From a bacterium (lineage in GTDB: Bacteria > Bacteroidota > Ignavibacteria > Kapaibacteriales > UBA2268): 64,000 nucleotides of DNA. Within the stretch, counting starts at the first letter, position 1; every line of letters begins with the position of its first letter. A model generated the notes under the pieces. That model did no database searches, was not told where the DNA came from, and saw only the letters and a program-made list of their open reading frames with translations. The stretch spans positions 148,931 through 212,930 of the forward strand of contig JAZDIP010000022.1 of NCBI GenBank assembly GCA_043804925.1, read 5' to 3'. Made by a program: the position numbers and the translations under genes. This document shows, in pieces, positions 50,831 through 60,769 of the stretch.

Positions 50831-50922
50831 TTTGTGGTAGGTCAATCCTACGAATGCAGGAATCTAAAATCGCTTTAATACCGTATTCCTTAGTTCGCTG
50901 AAATGACAAAACAAGAGTTTTT

Positions 50923-51774
50923 ATGAAATATTTAATCATCGGTTATAAAGGACAGCTTGGCTCTGAATTTGAAAAAAAATTTAAAGAGCTTAATTACAAT
51001 TTTTCAGCTGTGGATATTGATGAATTAGATATTACTGATTACTCTTCAATCAAAGCAATATTTTCATCCGTAAAACCGGGTATTGTTATAAACTGTGCCG
51101 CTTACAATGATGTTGACGGTGCCGAAACAAATCCGGATATTGCCTTTCAGGTCAATTCCGGTGCTGTTAAATATTTATCTGCAGCGGCACATAAGCATCA
51201 TTCTTTTTTGATTCACTTTAGCTCGGATTACGTTTTCGATGGCACAAAATCCGATGGATTGTATGTTGAAAAAGATGAAACCAATCCTATAAATCAATAC
51301 GGAAAAAGCAAACTTGCAGGAGAAAAAAGCATATTCGATGAATTGGAAAAGTATTTGTTATTCCGTTTAAGCTGGGTATATGGTAAAGGAACACAGAATT
51401 TCATTTATAAATTGAACCAATGGGCTAAGAATAAAAGTGAATTGAATATCTCCCGGGACGAAATTTCAATCCCAACTTCAACAGATATCATTGTTGACAT
51501 TGTGATGAATAGCATTCAAAGTGGTATCGAAGGACTTTACCATTTGACGAGCAGTGGATTTACATCACGATTTGACTGGGCAAAAAGTATCGTTGGGCTT
51601 TTGGGACTCGATGTAAAATTAATACCTGTTTCTCAGGATTATTTCAATCTCCCGGCAAAAAGACCAAAATTTTCAGCAATGAGCAATTCGCTGATTTCAT
51701 CTGATTTGAATATTGAAATTCCTGATTGGGATTATGGATTAAGGAATTATCTTTCAGAGTTCGGAGAACTGTAA
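50923..51774 (+). CDS. rfbD: dTDP-4-dehydrorhamnose reductase
   Basis: GYKGQLG, NCAAYNDVD, HFSSDYVFDG, YGKSKLAGE and AKRP motifs. Confidence 0.95.
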   Translation: MKYLIIGYKGQLGSEFEKKFKELNYNFSAVDIDELDITDYSSIKAIFSSVKPGIVINCAAYNDVDGAETNPDIAFQVNSGAVKYLSAAAHKHHSFLIHFSSDYVFDGTKSDGLYVEKDETNPINQYGKSKLAGEKSIFDELEKYLLFRLSWVYGKGTQNFIYKLNQWAKNKSELNISRDEISIPTSTDIIVDIVMNSIQSGIEGLYHLTSSGFTSRFDWAKSIVGLLGLDVKLIPVSQDYFNLPAKRPKFSAMSNSLISSDLNIEIPDWDYGLRNYLSEFGEL

Positions 51775-51931
51775 ACCGAAAAACCGAAGGACAGAAAAAC
51801 AGAATTGCAAATTGTTAATATCCCGTTTTGAATTGAATTATGGCAACAACTCAAAAAAAGACGTTTATATCCCAGAAGGATTATATGTTTGTAACTGCAA
51901 AAATAAGCTAATGTTCACACCTCTATTCTTT

Positions 51932-52753
51932 TCATTCATATATCGGAATTGTAATTTTATCATTGTGAAATACTATCGCCAAACCAAAGTTTGCATAATA
52001 AAAGTGCCAATGTGCTTCCTTAAATTCAGGCAGTACTTTAATCCCAAAATAAATCTGAGGTAAAATTGATAAATTGAAAAGATATGATGGATATATCTCA
52101 TAACCGGCACCCACTATCAAATTTAAGTTATATTTATTATCAGTAAGATAACCTTCCAAATCAAATGTTCTCGTTCTAAGACCATTTGTAAATGATAAAT
52201 CATATGGTCTTATGATTGTTTCTCGATACTCTAATTCAGAACTTGACGAATAATCAATTCTAATTCCACCAAAAAATTCAAGATTAAAATTAGTATTGTA
52301 ACTCAATCCTGATTCAAAATAGAAAATGTCTTTTAAGATGTTGAATTTTGTTTCAATTTCTGCTTCCGCAGGGAAATCTTCACCCCCAAAAAGTTCTTTA
52401 TCTCTCCTGATAAAATTATAATTCAGATTATGATATCCTAACCTAAAATACAAATCAAGTGTATTTCTTTTCAGTTCGAGAAAATAATCGCTGTAGCTTT
52501 TTTGAGTTATATTCTCATCTTCAAAGAGTGGAACTTTCAACATAATATTAAATCCAAAATTTGATTCCCTAAATGATTCTAAGGGACCGGAAGCGAAAGG
52601 AATTTCATCTAAATAACCGGTAGAGTTTAAAACAATATCACTGAAACATACTCCGAAACTCCAACCCTGCTCTCGTGTTATGGTATCCTTCTGAGCAAAC
52701 GTTTTAGTTGTTAATAATAATATCAATAGAACCAATAAACTATACTTTTTCAT
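51932..52753 (-). CDS. Hypothetical outer-membrane beta-barrel protein
   Basis: Signal peptide and alternating strands with Gly/aromatic residues. Confidence 0.6.
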   Translation of the reverse strand: MKKYSLLVLLILLLTTKTFAQKDTITREQGWSFGVCFSDIVLNSTGYLDEIPFASGPLESFRESNFGFNIMLKVPLFEDENITQKSYSDYFLELKRNTLDLYFRLGYHNLNYNFIRRDKELFGGEDFPAEAEIETKFNILKDIFYFESGLSYNTNFNLEFFGGIRIDYSSSSELEYRETIIRPYDLSFTNGLRTRTFDLEGYLTDNKYNLNLIVGAGYEIYPSYLFNLSILPQIYFGIKVLPEFKEAHWHFYYANFGLAIVFHNDKITIPIYE

Positions 52754-52829
52754 AATAGCAGAACTTATTTATTGAGTATCATTTTATTTTAAATAGTTTG
52801 AAGTTTGAAAATCTAATTTATTTTATTTC

Positions 52830-53942
52830 CTAAATTCTTTTCATCCACTCTGACATTAATATGTCTGAAAGATAATATTTGCCATCTTCTTTGTAGATAA
52901 ACTCTTTGTCAAGCAAATAGTCAAGTACAACTTTAACAGTACTAGCCGAGCCGAGTCTGTGTTCAATTAAAAATTCACTCCCCATTGGTTTATCTATGCT
53001 ACTTTCTTTTGCTATTCCCTTTAGCACTTCAAACTGTTTTCTTGTGAGTAGATTCACAAGATACTCATAATAGCTTCTCCTTTCTTCAATTGCCTTGTTA
53101 AATATCCTTGTAGTAACATCAACATTGATTTTCTTGTTATTGCTATTATATAAATCATGGCAAATTAGCTGTATGAAATAAGTAATTCCCCTTGATTTTT
53201 CAAAGATAAAATCCATAGATTCGTTGTCAATCCTGATATTATTTTTAGCGAAATTATAGATTATAAAATTACTGTAGATATCTTTGTCAATTGGTTTAAG
53301 TTCGAGAAAACTTGTGCTTTGATAAAATGGCTTTGAATAAGAGCCAAACATCAAAAGAAGCATATCCTTTTTGCTCCCCGAAAAAATAAAAGATGTATTG
53401 TTCAAAAACTGGATTTTAGAACGCAATAATGCTTCAGCATTTTTATCAGGATAATTTACAATTTGCTGAAATTCATCTATAGCAATAAAATATTTTTCAT
53501 CAGAATCTTTTATAAAATTGCAAATATTATCAAGGTCGTATTCCAGTGCATCCGGTCTGTTCAATTTCAGCTCAAAACTTAAAGCACCGGTAAGCGGGTC
53601 AGTACTAACAATTGGAGAAAAAGCTTTAAATAAGCTTGTAGCTTGTTTCATCAATTTCTTTGAATTAGTCAATCCCTGATTCAAAAAAGCTTTTCCAAAT
53701 TCAGCTACAAAGTCACTAAGTGATTTGGTCGTGATAATATCAAAATAGATACATCTGAACTTTCTTCTTTTCAATTCACTCATGCTATGAAGAATCAAAC
53801 CCGTTTTTCCCATTTTTCTTAAGGAAAAAATTGTCATGTTGCTTGAATCATCTGCTTCTGCAAATATCCTGTTTGTTTCAGCTTCTCTATCACAAAAGTA
53901 TTCCGGAGAAATATACCCTGTTGTTAAAAATGGATTTTCCAT
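52830..53942 (-). CDS. AAA-family ATP-binding protein (archaeal-ATPase-like) with probable C-terminal wHTH
   Basis: ENPF...FCDRE N-terminus, degenerate Walker A SLRKMGKT, Walker B IAIDEFQ and FIFSGS. Confidence 0.85.
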   Translation of the reverse strand: MENPFLTTGYISPEYFCDREAETNRIFAEADDSSNMTIFSLRKMGKTGLILHSMSELKRRKFRCIYFDIITTKSLSDFVAEFGKAFLNQGLTNSKKLMKQATSLFKAFSPIVSTDPLTGALSFELKLNRPDALEYDLDNICNFIKDSDEKYFIAIDEFQQIVNYPDKNAEALLRSKIQFLNNTSFIFSGSKKDMLLLMFGSYSKPFYQSTSFLELKPIDKDIYSNFIIYNFAKNNIRIDNESMDFIFEKSRGITYFIQLICHDLYNSNNKKINVDVTTRIFNKAIEERRSYYEYLVNLLTRKQFEVLKGIAKESSIDKPMGSEFLIEHRLGSASTVKVVLDYLLDKEFIYKEDGKYYLSDILMSEWMKRI

Positions 53943-54017
53943 AAAAACCTCATTGATTTCAAATTTTTCAATATAAATATTACGTAAATATAATAAAATA
54001 TATTGATAATATCAAAT

Positions 54018-54045
54018 ATATTACATAATAAACGTTACGTAAAAT
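54018..54045 (-). other. dif/Xer-like 28-bp site (11-6-11), or an operator of the adjacent ATPase gene
   Basis: Minus strand ATTTTACGTAA-CGTTTA-TTATGTAATAT. The right arm matches the E. coli XerD arm TTATGTTAAAT at 9/11. Confidence 0.4.
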
Positions 54046-54250
54046 ACGTAATAAATGATTAATATTATAATATTATTACGTAAATAACGTTACATATTTT
54101 TCGTGATATTATTTTTATTTCCAATATTTAATTTATATTTGTATTAATTATTTGTAATATAATGATTTATATTGTATTTTTGTAATTGTAATCGAAAATA
54201 GTTAGTACTTTAAGCGATTGTAATCGTAAACAGTCAAAATGGAGGCAAGT

Positions 54251-55387
54251 ATGATTAATAGGAAAATTGCTGATGAGCTAATTAATAACCTGAATTCAGG
54301 TAAAGTTTTGATAATATATGGTCCAAGACAAGTTGGAAAAACTACTTTGTTGTTAGAGTTGTCTGCTAAAATCAATAAAAAAATTATTTGGTTGAATGGA
54401 GACGAACCGGACATAAGAGCAATTCTTGATAATGCTACTTCAACAAAATTAAGGACAATAATTAATGATAATGAAATAGTCATAATTGATGAAGCTCAAA
54501 GAATTGTGAATATTGGAATGGTATTAAAACTCAAACATGACAATATAAAAAAAATAAATTTGATTGCTACAGGTTCATCCTCATTTGATTTGTCAAACAA
54601 TATTAATGAACCTCTTACCGGAAGAAAATTCGAGTACAATCTTTATCCATTATCATTTCAAGAGATGGTTGAACATCATGGGATTCTTGAAGAAAAACGT
54701 TTACTTGAACACCGTCTGATTTTTGGTTATTATCCCGAAATTGTTACAAGTGAGGGTGATAAAAGTAAACTTTTAATAAATCTTTCAAATAGTTATTTAT
54801 ACAAAGATTTATTAATATATGACGCTATTAAAAAGCCATCTCTGCTTGAAAAAATATTAAAATCATTGGCGTTGCAGGTTGGATGTGAAGTCAATTATAA
54901 TGAACTGTCTAATCAATTGCAATGCGATAAAGGAACAGTTGAAAAATATATTGACCTACTTGAAAAAGTATTCGTTATTTTCCGGCTTCATTCATACAGC
55001 AAAAACATAAGGACTGAGATTAAAAAATCAAAAAAAGTATATTTCTTTGATAACGGTATTATGAATGCAATTACCGGAAATTTTAATCCTATTGAAAGAA
55101 GAAATGATATTGGTGCTCTTTGGGAAAATTTTTGTGTTTCTGAGCGGAAAAAATTTAATAGTAATAATAATCGAAGAGTAAATGCATATTTTTGGAGGAC
55201 AAAAACACAACAGGAAATTGATTACATTGAAATAGAAAATGATAAGTTCTTTGCATATGAATTCAAATGGAACCCGACGTCTAAAGGGAAGTTTACAAAA
55301 TCCTTTTTTGAATCATATGATGTAACGGTTAGTAAAACTATAAATCGTGAAAATTATTTAGAGTTTACTGCTGGGATAAATTTCTGA
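54251..55387 (+). CDS. AAA_14 ATPase with DUF4143 domain
   Basis: Walker A GPRQVGKT, Walker B IIDEAQ, ATGSS, LTGR, KKVYFFDNG, LWENF and QEIDYI motifs. Confidence 0.92.
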   Translation: MINRKIADELINNLNSGKVLIIYGPRQVGKTTLLLELSAKINKKIIWLNGDEPDIRAILDNATSTKLRTIINDNEIVIIDEAQRIVNIGMVLKLKHDNIKKINLIATGSSSFDLSNNINEPLTGRKFEYNLYPLSFQEMVEHHGILEEKRLLEHRLIFGYYPEIVTSEGDKSKLLINLSNSYLYKDLLIYDAIKKPSLLEKILKSLALQVGCEVNYNELSNQLQCDKGTVEKYIDLLEKVFVIFRLHSYSKNIRTEIKKSKKVYFFDNGIMNAITGNFNPIERRNDIGALWENFCVSERKKFNSNNNRRVNAYFWRTKTQQEIDYIEIENDKFFAYEFKWNPTSKGKFTKSFFESYDVTVSKTINRENYLEFTAGINF

Positions 55388-55462
55388 TACTATCGAAAAA
55401 AATAAACCAATCCAGCTTTCGGATATTTTTGGATACACTTGTATATTATTTTTTATAAATTA

Positions 55463-56098
55463 CTAATTTACCCTTCCTTCCCGAATCTCCTGAATCAATC
55501 TGTTGACTTCGTTTTCATAACCGTCACGATTAGCATTCAATTCGAGATATTTTTCCAAATCTCTCAAAGCCGCATCACCTCTGCCTTCCAACTTATGTAA
55601 TGCGCCACGTGCATAATAAGCCAGTCCATATTTTGAGTCTAAATCTATTGCTTTGGAGAAATCTATTAGAGCTTTGTCGTATTGGCTGTTTAGTTTGAAA
55701 GCATTGCCTCTTGCATAAAAGTAATCCGATTTTGTTTTGTCCAAATCAATTGCTTTGTCTAAGCTGCTGATTGCTTCAGTATAACTTCCGTCTTGAATAT
55801 AACTCAAGCCCAAAGCATAATGAGCATCTGCCATATTATTGTCGTAATATACCGCTTTTGAAAAATCATTGATTGACTCTTTTACTTTTCCCAAGTTTGA
55901 ATTGGCAAGACCTTTGCCGTAATAAGCAGGGGCATAGTCGTCTTTAGCTTCTATTGCTTTATCGTAAAAAACAACTGCCGATTCAAATTCACCGGCAAGC
56001 AGTGCATCATAAGCCGATTGCAAGTATCCTTTTTCATCTGCTTTTAATATGTTAATTATCGTAAAAAACGATATTAATAATATAAGAAACTTTTTCAT
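55463..56098 (-). CDS. Exported tetratricopeptide-repeat protein
   Basis: Signal peptide and repeated AYY.RG.A......A..DF.KAI.LD units. Confidence 0.9.
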   Translation of the reverse strand: MKKFLILLISFFTIINILKADEKGYLQSAYDALLAGEFESAVVFYDKAIEAKDDYAPAYYGKGLANSNLGKVKESINDFSKAVYYDNNMADAHYALGLSYIQDGSYTEAISSLDKAIDLDKTKSDYFYARGNAFKLNSQYDKALIDFSKAIDLDSKYGLAYYARGALHKLEGRGDAALRDLEKYLELNANRDGYENEVNRLIQEIREGRVN

Positions 56099-56264
56099 TT
56101 TTTGAACTCCACTTTATTCTTTGTTCTTTTCTGTTTTATAAACTTATAAATTAAAAAAAAATTGTCAATTCCATTCATTTTTTTTTCAAATATAATAAAT
56201 GTTGAGAAAAATCTGTAAATTTGCATGCTTTTTTAAGAATAAATTTATTGAAACAGGTTAAACT

Positions 56265-57497
56265 ATGGAATTAATTAACGAAAATTATTACATAGGCGGT
56301 CTTAAAGTATTGGATTTATGTGAAAAATACTCGACACCGCTTTATGTTTACGATACATCTAAAATGATTGGGCAATATAACAAAATGCTCAATGCTTTTT
56401 CTTACCCGAATGTTAAAATCAACTATGCCTGCAAGGCATTAACAAATAAAAATATTTTGAAACTCTTTAAAAATCTTGGTTCAGGATTGGATTGCGTTTC
56501 GATTCAGGAAGTATGGTTAGGACTTAATGCTGGATTCAAGCCACAGGATATTATTTACACTCCGAACTGCGTGTCTTTCGAAGAAATCGCATTAGCTGTC
56601 AAAGAGGGAGTAAAAATCAATATTGATAATATCTCGATTTTAGACCAGTTTGGGCATGAGTTTGGAAATAAAATTCCTGTTTGCATTAGGGTTAATCCGC
56701 ATATCATGGCAGGTTCCCATACAAAAATTTCAGTGGGGCATATTGACTCTAAGTTCGGTATTTCTATTCATCAAATCCCACTTGTCGAACGTATCGTTCA
56801 AACTCATAATATTATTGTTGAAGGTATCCATATGCATACCGGCTCGGATATACTCGATGTTGAAGTGTTCTTACAGGGTGCTGAAATACTGTTTGATGTT
56901 GTCAAAAAATTTCCGAATATCGAATACATTGATTTCGGCAGCGGTTTCAAGGTTCCATACAAACCTGACGACATAGAAACAGATATCGAAGAGCTTGGAG
57001 AAAAAATATCCGAACGCTTCAACAAATTTTCAAAAGAATTAGGCAAGGAAATTACACTTATGTTTGAACCCGGGAAATATCTGGTTAGTGAATCAGGATA
57101 CTTCTTAGTTACGGTTAACGTTGTAAAACAGACAACATCTACAATTTTTGCAGGTGTTGACTCCGGTATGAACCACCTAATCAGACCAATGTTTTACGAT
57201 GCATATCATCATATTGTCAATGTTTCTAAACCAATGAACAAGCCGCGTATTTATTCAGTTGTAGGGTATATTTGCGAAACTGATACTTTCGGTTACGACC
57301 GCAAAATTGCGGAAATTTCTGAAGGGGATATTTTAGGATTCAGAAATGCAGGTGCTTATTGCTATGCAATGTCATCAAATTATAATTCCCGTTTTCGCCC
57401 GGCAGAAGTTATGATTCACGAAGGCAAAGACTATTTGATAAGAGAACGCGAGACGATAGAAGACCTAATGAAAAATCAGGTGGATGTGGAGTTTTAA
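56265..57497 (+). CDS. lysA: Diaminopimelate decarboxylase
   Basis: YACKA (PLP Lys), SKFG, HMHTGS, FEPGKYLV, YICETD and GAYCYAMSSNYN motifs. Confidence 0.96.
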   Translation: MELINENYYIGGLKVLDLCEKYSTPLYVYDTSKMIGQYNKMLNAFSYPNVKINYACKALTNKNILKLFKNLGSGLDCVSIQEVWLGLNAGFKPQDIIYTPNCVSFEEIALAVKEGVKINIDNISILDQFGHEFGNKIPVCIRVNPHIMAGSHTKISVGHIDSKFGISIHQIPLVERIVQTHNIIVEGIHMHTGSDILDVEVFLQGAEILFDVVKKFPNIEYIDFGSGFKVPYKPDDIETDIEELGEKISERFNKFSKELGKEITLMFEPGKYLVSESGYFLVTVNVVKQTTSTIFAGVDSGMNHLIRPMFYDAYHHIVNVSKPMNKPRIYSVVGYICETDTFGYDRKIAEISEGDILGFRNAGAYCYAMSSNYNSRFRPAEVMIHEGKDYLIRERETIEDLMKNQVDVEF

Positions 57498-57526
57498 CAA
57501 ACATTTATTTTGGGAAAATGTAAAAA

Positions 57527-58563
57527 GCGAAACGTGAAACGTGAAACGGAATACAATGTCTGACCGCTGATTTAAACTGATTGAGATGATTTCTATGATT
57601 TTCACCTTGTCTTGATTTGTTATTACACTGAGAGGTGAAATTCAGGGATTTCGTAATTCGTTATCAATAAAGGATATATTGGATTTAAAAAAATTAGTTT
57701 CACCTAATGCACCACAGTTTTAGATTTTTTATTTTGTCGGTTTCATTCGACAGTGGAATCTTTTGTACCGACAAGAAAGCAATCCGTTAAGTTTAGATTT
57801 TCAATATATTTACTGCGATTAAAATATAAAATGTCGCATTTGTCGTGTTTTTTTATTTTTTCGTTTTCGGTTGTCGGAACTGTGATTTTTATGATTAATT
57901 TGATTATTATGATTTTTTCGTGAAACGCGAAAACGTGAAACGTAAAACGAAATTCAGTTACACTGAGATACACTGAGAATTCACAGAGTTCCACAGAGAA
58001 TTTTCCGAACAATTAATTTGCAAAGAACGAGATGGACGAAATTACGAGTTTGGTGCGAAATGTAATTTATTTTATTTTGATTTTATTTTAATTATAAAGC
58101 GGAATGTGAAACCAAAGACAATTACACAGAGCTACTCAGAGGATGCACAGAGTTGCACAGAGCTACACACCCCTAACCCCTCTTAATAGAGGGGATTATT
58201 AACATTTCTATTTGCAAAGAACAAGATGGACGAAATTACGAGTTTGGTGCGAAATGTAATTTATTTTATTTTGAAAAGGTTTTTATTTCGTGAAACAGCG
58301 AAACTGCGAAAACGTGAAACGTAAAACGAAAGACAGTTACACGGAGTTACACTGAGAATTCACAGAGTTGCACAGAGAAAATGTCTGAACCGCTGATTTA
58401 GCTGATTGAAATGATTTCGCTGATTTTTTGCTGTCAGGTGTAACAAAGACAGAACGAAATTAAAATGTAGTATGTAAAATGTAGAATGGAAGGCGGTTAC
58501 ACGGAGTTACACAGAGGAGGCACAGAGGGGCACAGAGAAATTAACAATTAGCAATTAACAATT
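57527..58563. repeat. Intergenic modular repeat mosaic between lysA and the defence island
   Basis: (TGAAACG)n heptamers, ACACAGAG-type decamer arrays x4, a duplicated CCGCTGATTTA..CTGATTGA.ATGATTTC module (57555, 58380), a duplicated 85-95-bp block (57917, 58287) and a duplicated 64-bp block (58017, 58211). Confidence 0.88.
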
Positions 58564-58570
58564 GCTTTCT

Positions 58571-59653
58571 CTATTTTCCTGCTTTTCGTCTATTATCTTC
58601 TTTACAGAGCATTTGACAATTTTCAGCTATTGTTTTTCCTCCTAAGTGCCATGGTGTAATGTGGTCTGCTTCCATATCTTCTAATTCAAACTTCTTTTTG
58701 CATTTAACACAAATACCTTTTTGTCTTTCGTAAGATTCTCTTTTTTGGTTATCTGAAAAAGCACGAATGTTTAAATATTTTTCATCTTCAGTAAGAAGAT
58801 ATTCATAGATACCTTTTTTACTCGTAACATCTTCGTCCATCATCAAGCGGACGATTTCCTTTTCAAATGCTTCGGGTACAAATTTTTTATCCTTAAATTT
58901 ATTATATAAAACTCCCCATTCGATGCCCTTCATCTCTTTGCGGTACTTTGGGAAAATTTTCCGGACCCATTCAATCACTCTTTGAAAATAAACCCATAAA
59001 TCCTTAGCGTCATCATCATGTTGGTGCTTTGACATATAGTCTTCTATATTGCCGTTTGAAAGCCAATCGATAGCTGTTTCCAAATATTCCTGACGGATGG
59101 CTGTTCCGCTAAGATAATCATGGCCGATTTGATAAGCGACACATCCGTTTTTGCTGAAATACCGCTTTGCATCGGTTACCCATGAACCCGAATACACAGC
59201 ATTACGCAATTCTTGGTCTGACAACTTTTCTCCGGCAATGTTAATTGTCCTGAACCAATCCAATCTTTCGCTATCAGTGCCACTGCAAAAATATATCATT
59301 AATTTATAATTATGGATTTGCTCTTTTTTATCATCTTGTAGATTATGGAAATATAGTTTCTCAAAAGAAAAATCCCCGTTTACATATTGACAAATTGAAA
59401 TTGTCCGTTGCTGTCCGTCTATAATTTCAAAATTGCCGTCGTCGCGAACATGCCAATACATCACATTCAAAGGAAAATCTTTTTTAATAGTATCAATAAC
59501 AGCATCACGTTGCTTGTCCTTGTAGATAAATTCCCTTTGGTATGGCGGGCGAATGTCAAGTTTGCCTCCAAAACCAATAACACCGTCTTCGGCATTGTCT
59601 TTGTAGCCCTCTGCCAATTGCTTTACGGTAATTTCTTTAAGTTCTATTTTCAT
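58571..59653 (-). CDS. DUF262 (GmrSD-like) domain plus C-terminal HNH endonuclease
   Basis: LDIRPPYQREFIY, IIDGQQR, and C-terminal CVKC...ADHITPW..GG.T...NCQMLC..DN. Confidence 0.92.
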   Translation of the reverse strand: MKIELKEITVKQLAEGYKDNAEDGVIGFGGKLDIRPPYQREFIYKDKQRDAVIDTIKKDFPLNVMYWHVRDDGNFEIIDGQQRTISICQYVNGDFSFEKLYFHNLQDDKKEQIHNYKLMIYFCSGTDSERLDWFRTINIAGEKLSDQELRNAVYSGSWVTDAKRYFSKNGCVAYQIGHDYLSGTAIRQEYLETAIDWLSNGNIEDYMSKHQHDDDAKDLWVYFQRVIEWVRKIFPKYRKEMKGIEWGVLYNKFKDKKFVPEAFEKEIVRLMMDEDVTSKKGIYEYLLTEDEKYLNIRAFSDNQKRESYERQKGICVKCKKKFELEDMEADHITPWHLGGKTIAENCQMLCKEDNRRKAGK

Positions 59654-59661
59654 AACATTTC

Positions 59662-60468
59662 CTATTTCAATAATTTTCTATTTTCCGATTCCGATAAAAC
59701 AATCATTTGATGAATTGCTATATTATTTAATTTGATTAATCTGTCTTTTTGTGGCAATCCGTCACTAATTAGTACTGCATTCAAGCTTTCCATATTCGAT
59801 AAGCAAATTAATTCATTAATCGTCGCATAATCCCTGATATTTCCTTTTAAGTCCGGGTTTGCCTCCCGCCATTGTTTGGCAGTTATACCGAACATAGCAA
59901 CATTAAGCACGTCTGCTTCGCTGGCATAAATAACAGATGTTTGGGCAGTTGTCAATTCTTTCGGAATCAGGTTTTGCTTTATTGCATCAGTATGAATACG
60001 GTAGTTAAGCTTTGCCAATTCACGTTTTGCAGTCCATCCGAGTTGTTTTTGTTCTTCCTCTTTCAACCGCTGAAATTCTTTAATCAGGTATAATTCAAAC
60101 TCGACAGAAATCCAACTTGCAAATTTGAAAGCAATATCTTTATGGGCAAAAGTTCCGCCATAACGTCCTGATTTTGAAACAATTCCTTTAGCATTAGTAG
60201 TGGTAATCCATTTTTGCGGAGATAAAGTAAAAGCATTTAATCCGGCTTCTTTTTTAAACCCCTCGAATTCGAGGTGTTTAAATTCTGTGTTGTTTAAGGT
60301 TTCCCAAATCCCTAAATATTCAATTGTATTTCGATTTCTCATCCAATTTGCTATAACGGCTGTCGGTTCATCGCTTTTATATCTGGCAATATCCGTTATA
60401 GAAACATAATCTGTTTCGTTTATATGCAATATTGAAATGCTCGTTTGTTTAACTTCTATTTTTGCCAT
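59662..60468 (-). CDS. KilA-N domain DNA-binding protein
   Basis: DYVSITDIARYK...I.NWMRNRNTIEYLGIWE, KSGRYGGTFAHKDIAFKFASWIS. Likely start is MAKIEVK at 60468. Confidence 0.88.
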   Translation of the reverse strand: MAKIEVKQTSISILHINETDYVSITDIARYKSDEPTAVIANWMRNRNTIEYLGIWETLNNTEFKHLEFEGFKKEAGLNAFTLSPQKWITTTNAKGIVSKSGRYGGTFAHKDIAFKFASWISVEFELYLIKEFQRLKEEEQKQLGWTAKRELAKLNYRIHTDAIKQNLIPKELTTAQTSVIYASEADVLNVAMFGITAKQWREANPDLKGNIRDYATINELICLSNMESLNAVLISDGLPQKDRLIKLNNIAIHQMIVLSESENRKLLK

Positions 60469-60476
60469 GACGATTC

Positions 60477-60509
60477 TTTGACAGTAATTTCTTTTAGTTC
60501 GATTTTCAT
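60477..60509 (-). repeat. Copy B of the HNH gene 5' end (MKIELKEITVK)
   Basis: 28/33 nt identical to 59621-59653 with all 5 changes synonymous. Preceded by an AGGAAATATT RBS similar to AGGAAATGTT of the intact gene. Confidence 0.9.
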
Positions 60510-60580
60510 AATATTTCCTTTCTACTCCTTCCAATGCTCCCGGAATTTTGAAATATTGCAACAAATTGCAGGGAGAATTT

Positions 60581-60769
60581 TTAAAATGGGCTTTTTATTT
60601 CCAACTGTTTACAAATAATTTTACAGGTTACTTTCACAATTTCATTATGGCGGGGAATACTTGATTGCTTAGCATTTTTTGGATTTTGCCAAATAGTATG
60701 ATTGCCGCCTTCACGAAATTTAATGCATCCATTACTTTTTAGATACCGCTCAAAATCTATTCTTTTCAT
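60581..60769 (-). CDS. hicA: HicA-family toxin (dsRBD-like mRNA interferase)
   Basis: LKSNGC...REGGNHTIW.NP.....IPRH.EI pattern. Confidence 0.9.
   Translation of the reverse strand: MKRIDFERYLKSNGCIKFREGGNHTIWQNPKNAKQSSIPRHNEIVKVTCKIICKQLEIKSPF

Noticed and set aside
57743-58012. 89-aa minus-strand ORF
   Set aside because: It is built from the ACACAGAG and TGAAACG repeats (FSVELCEFSV pattern), with no RBS or protein-like signal.
57527-58563. CRISPR array
   Set aside because: Repeats vary in length and order, there are no regular unique spacers, and no cas genes are present.
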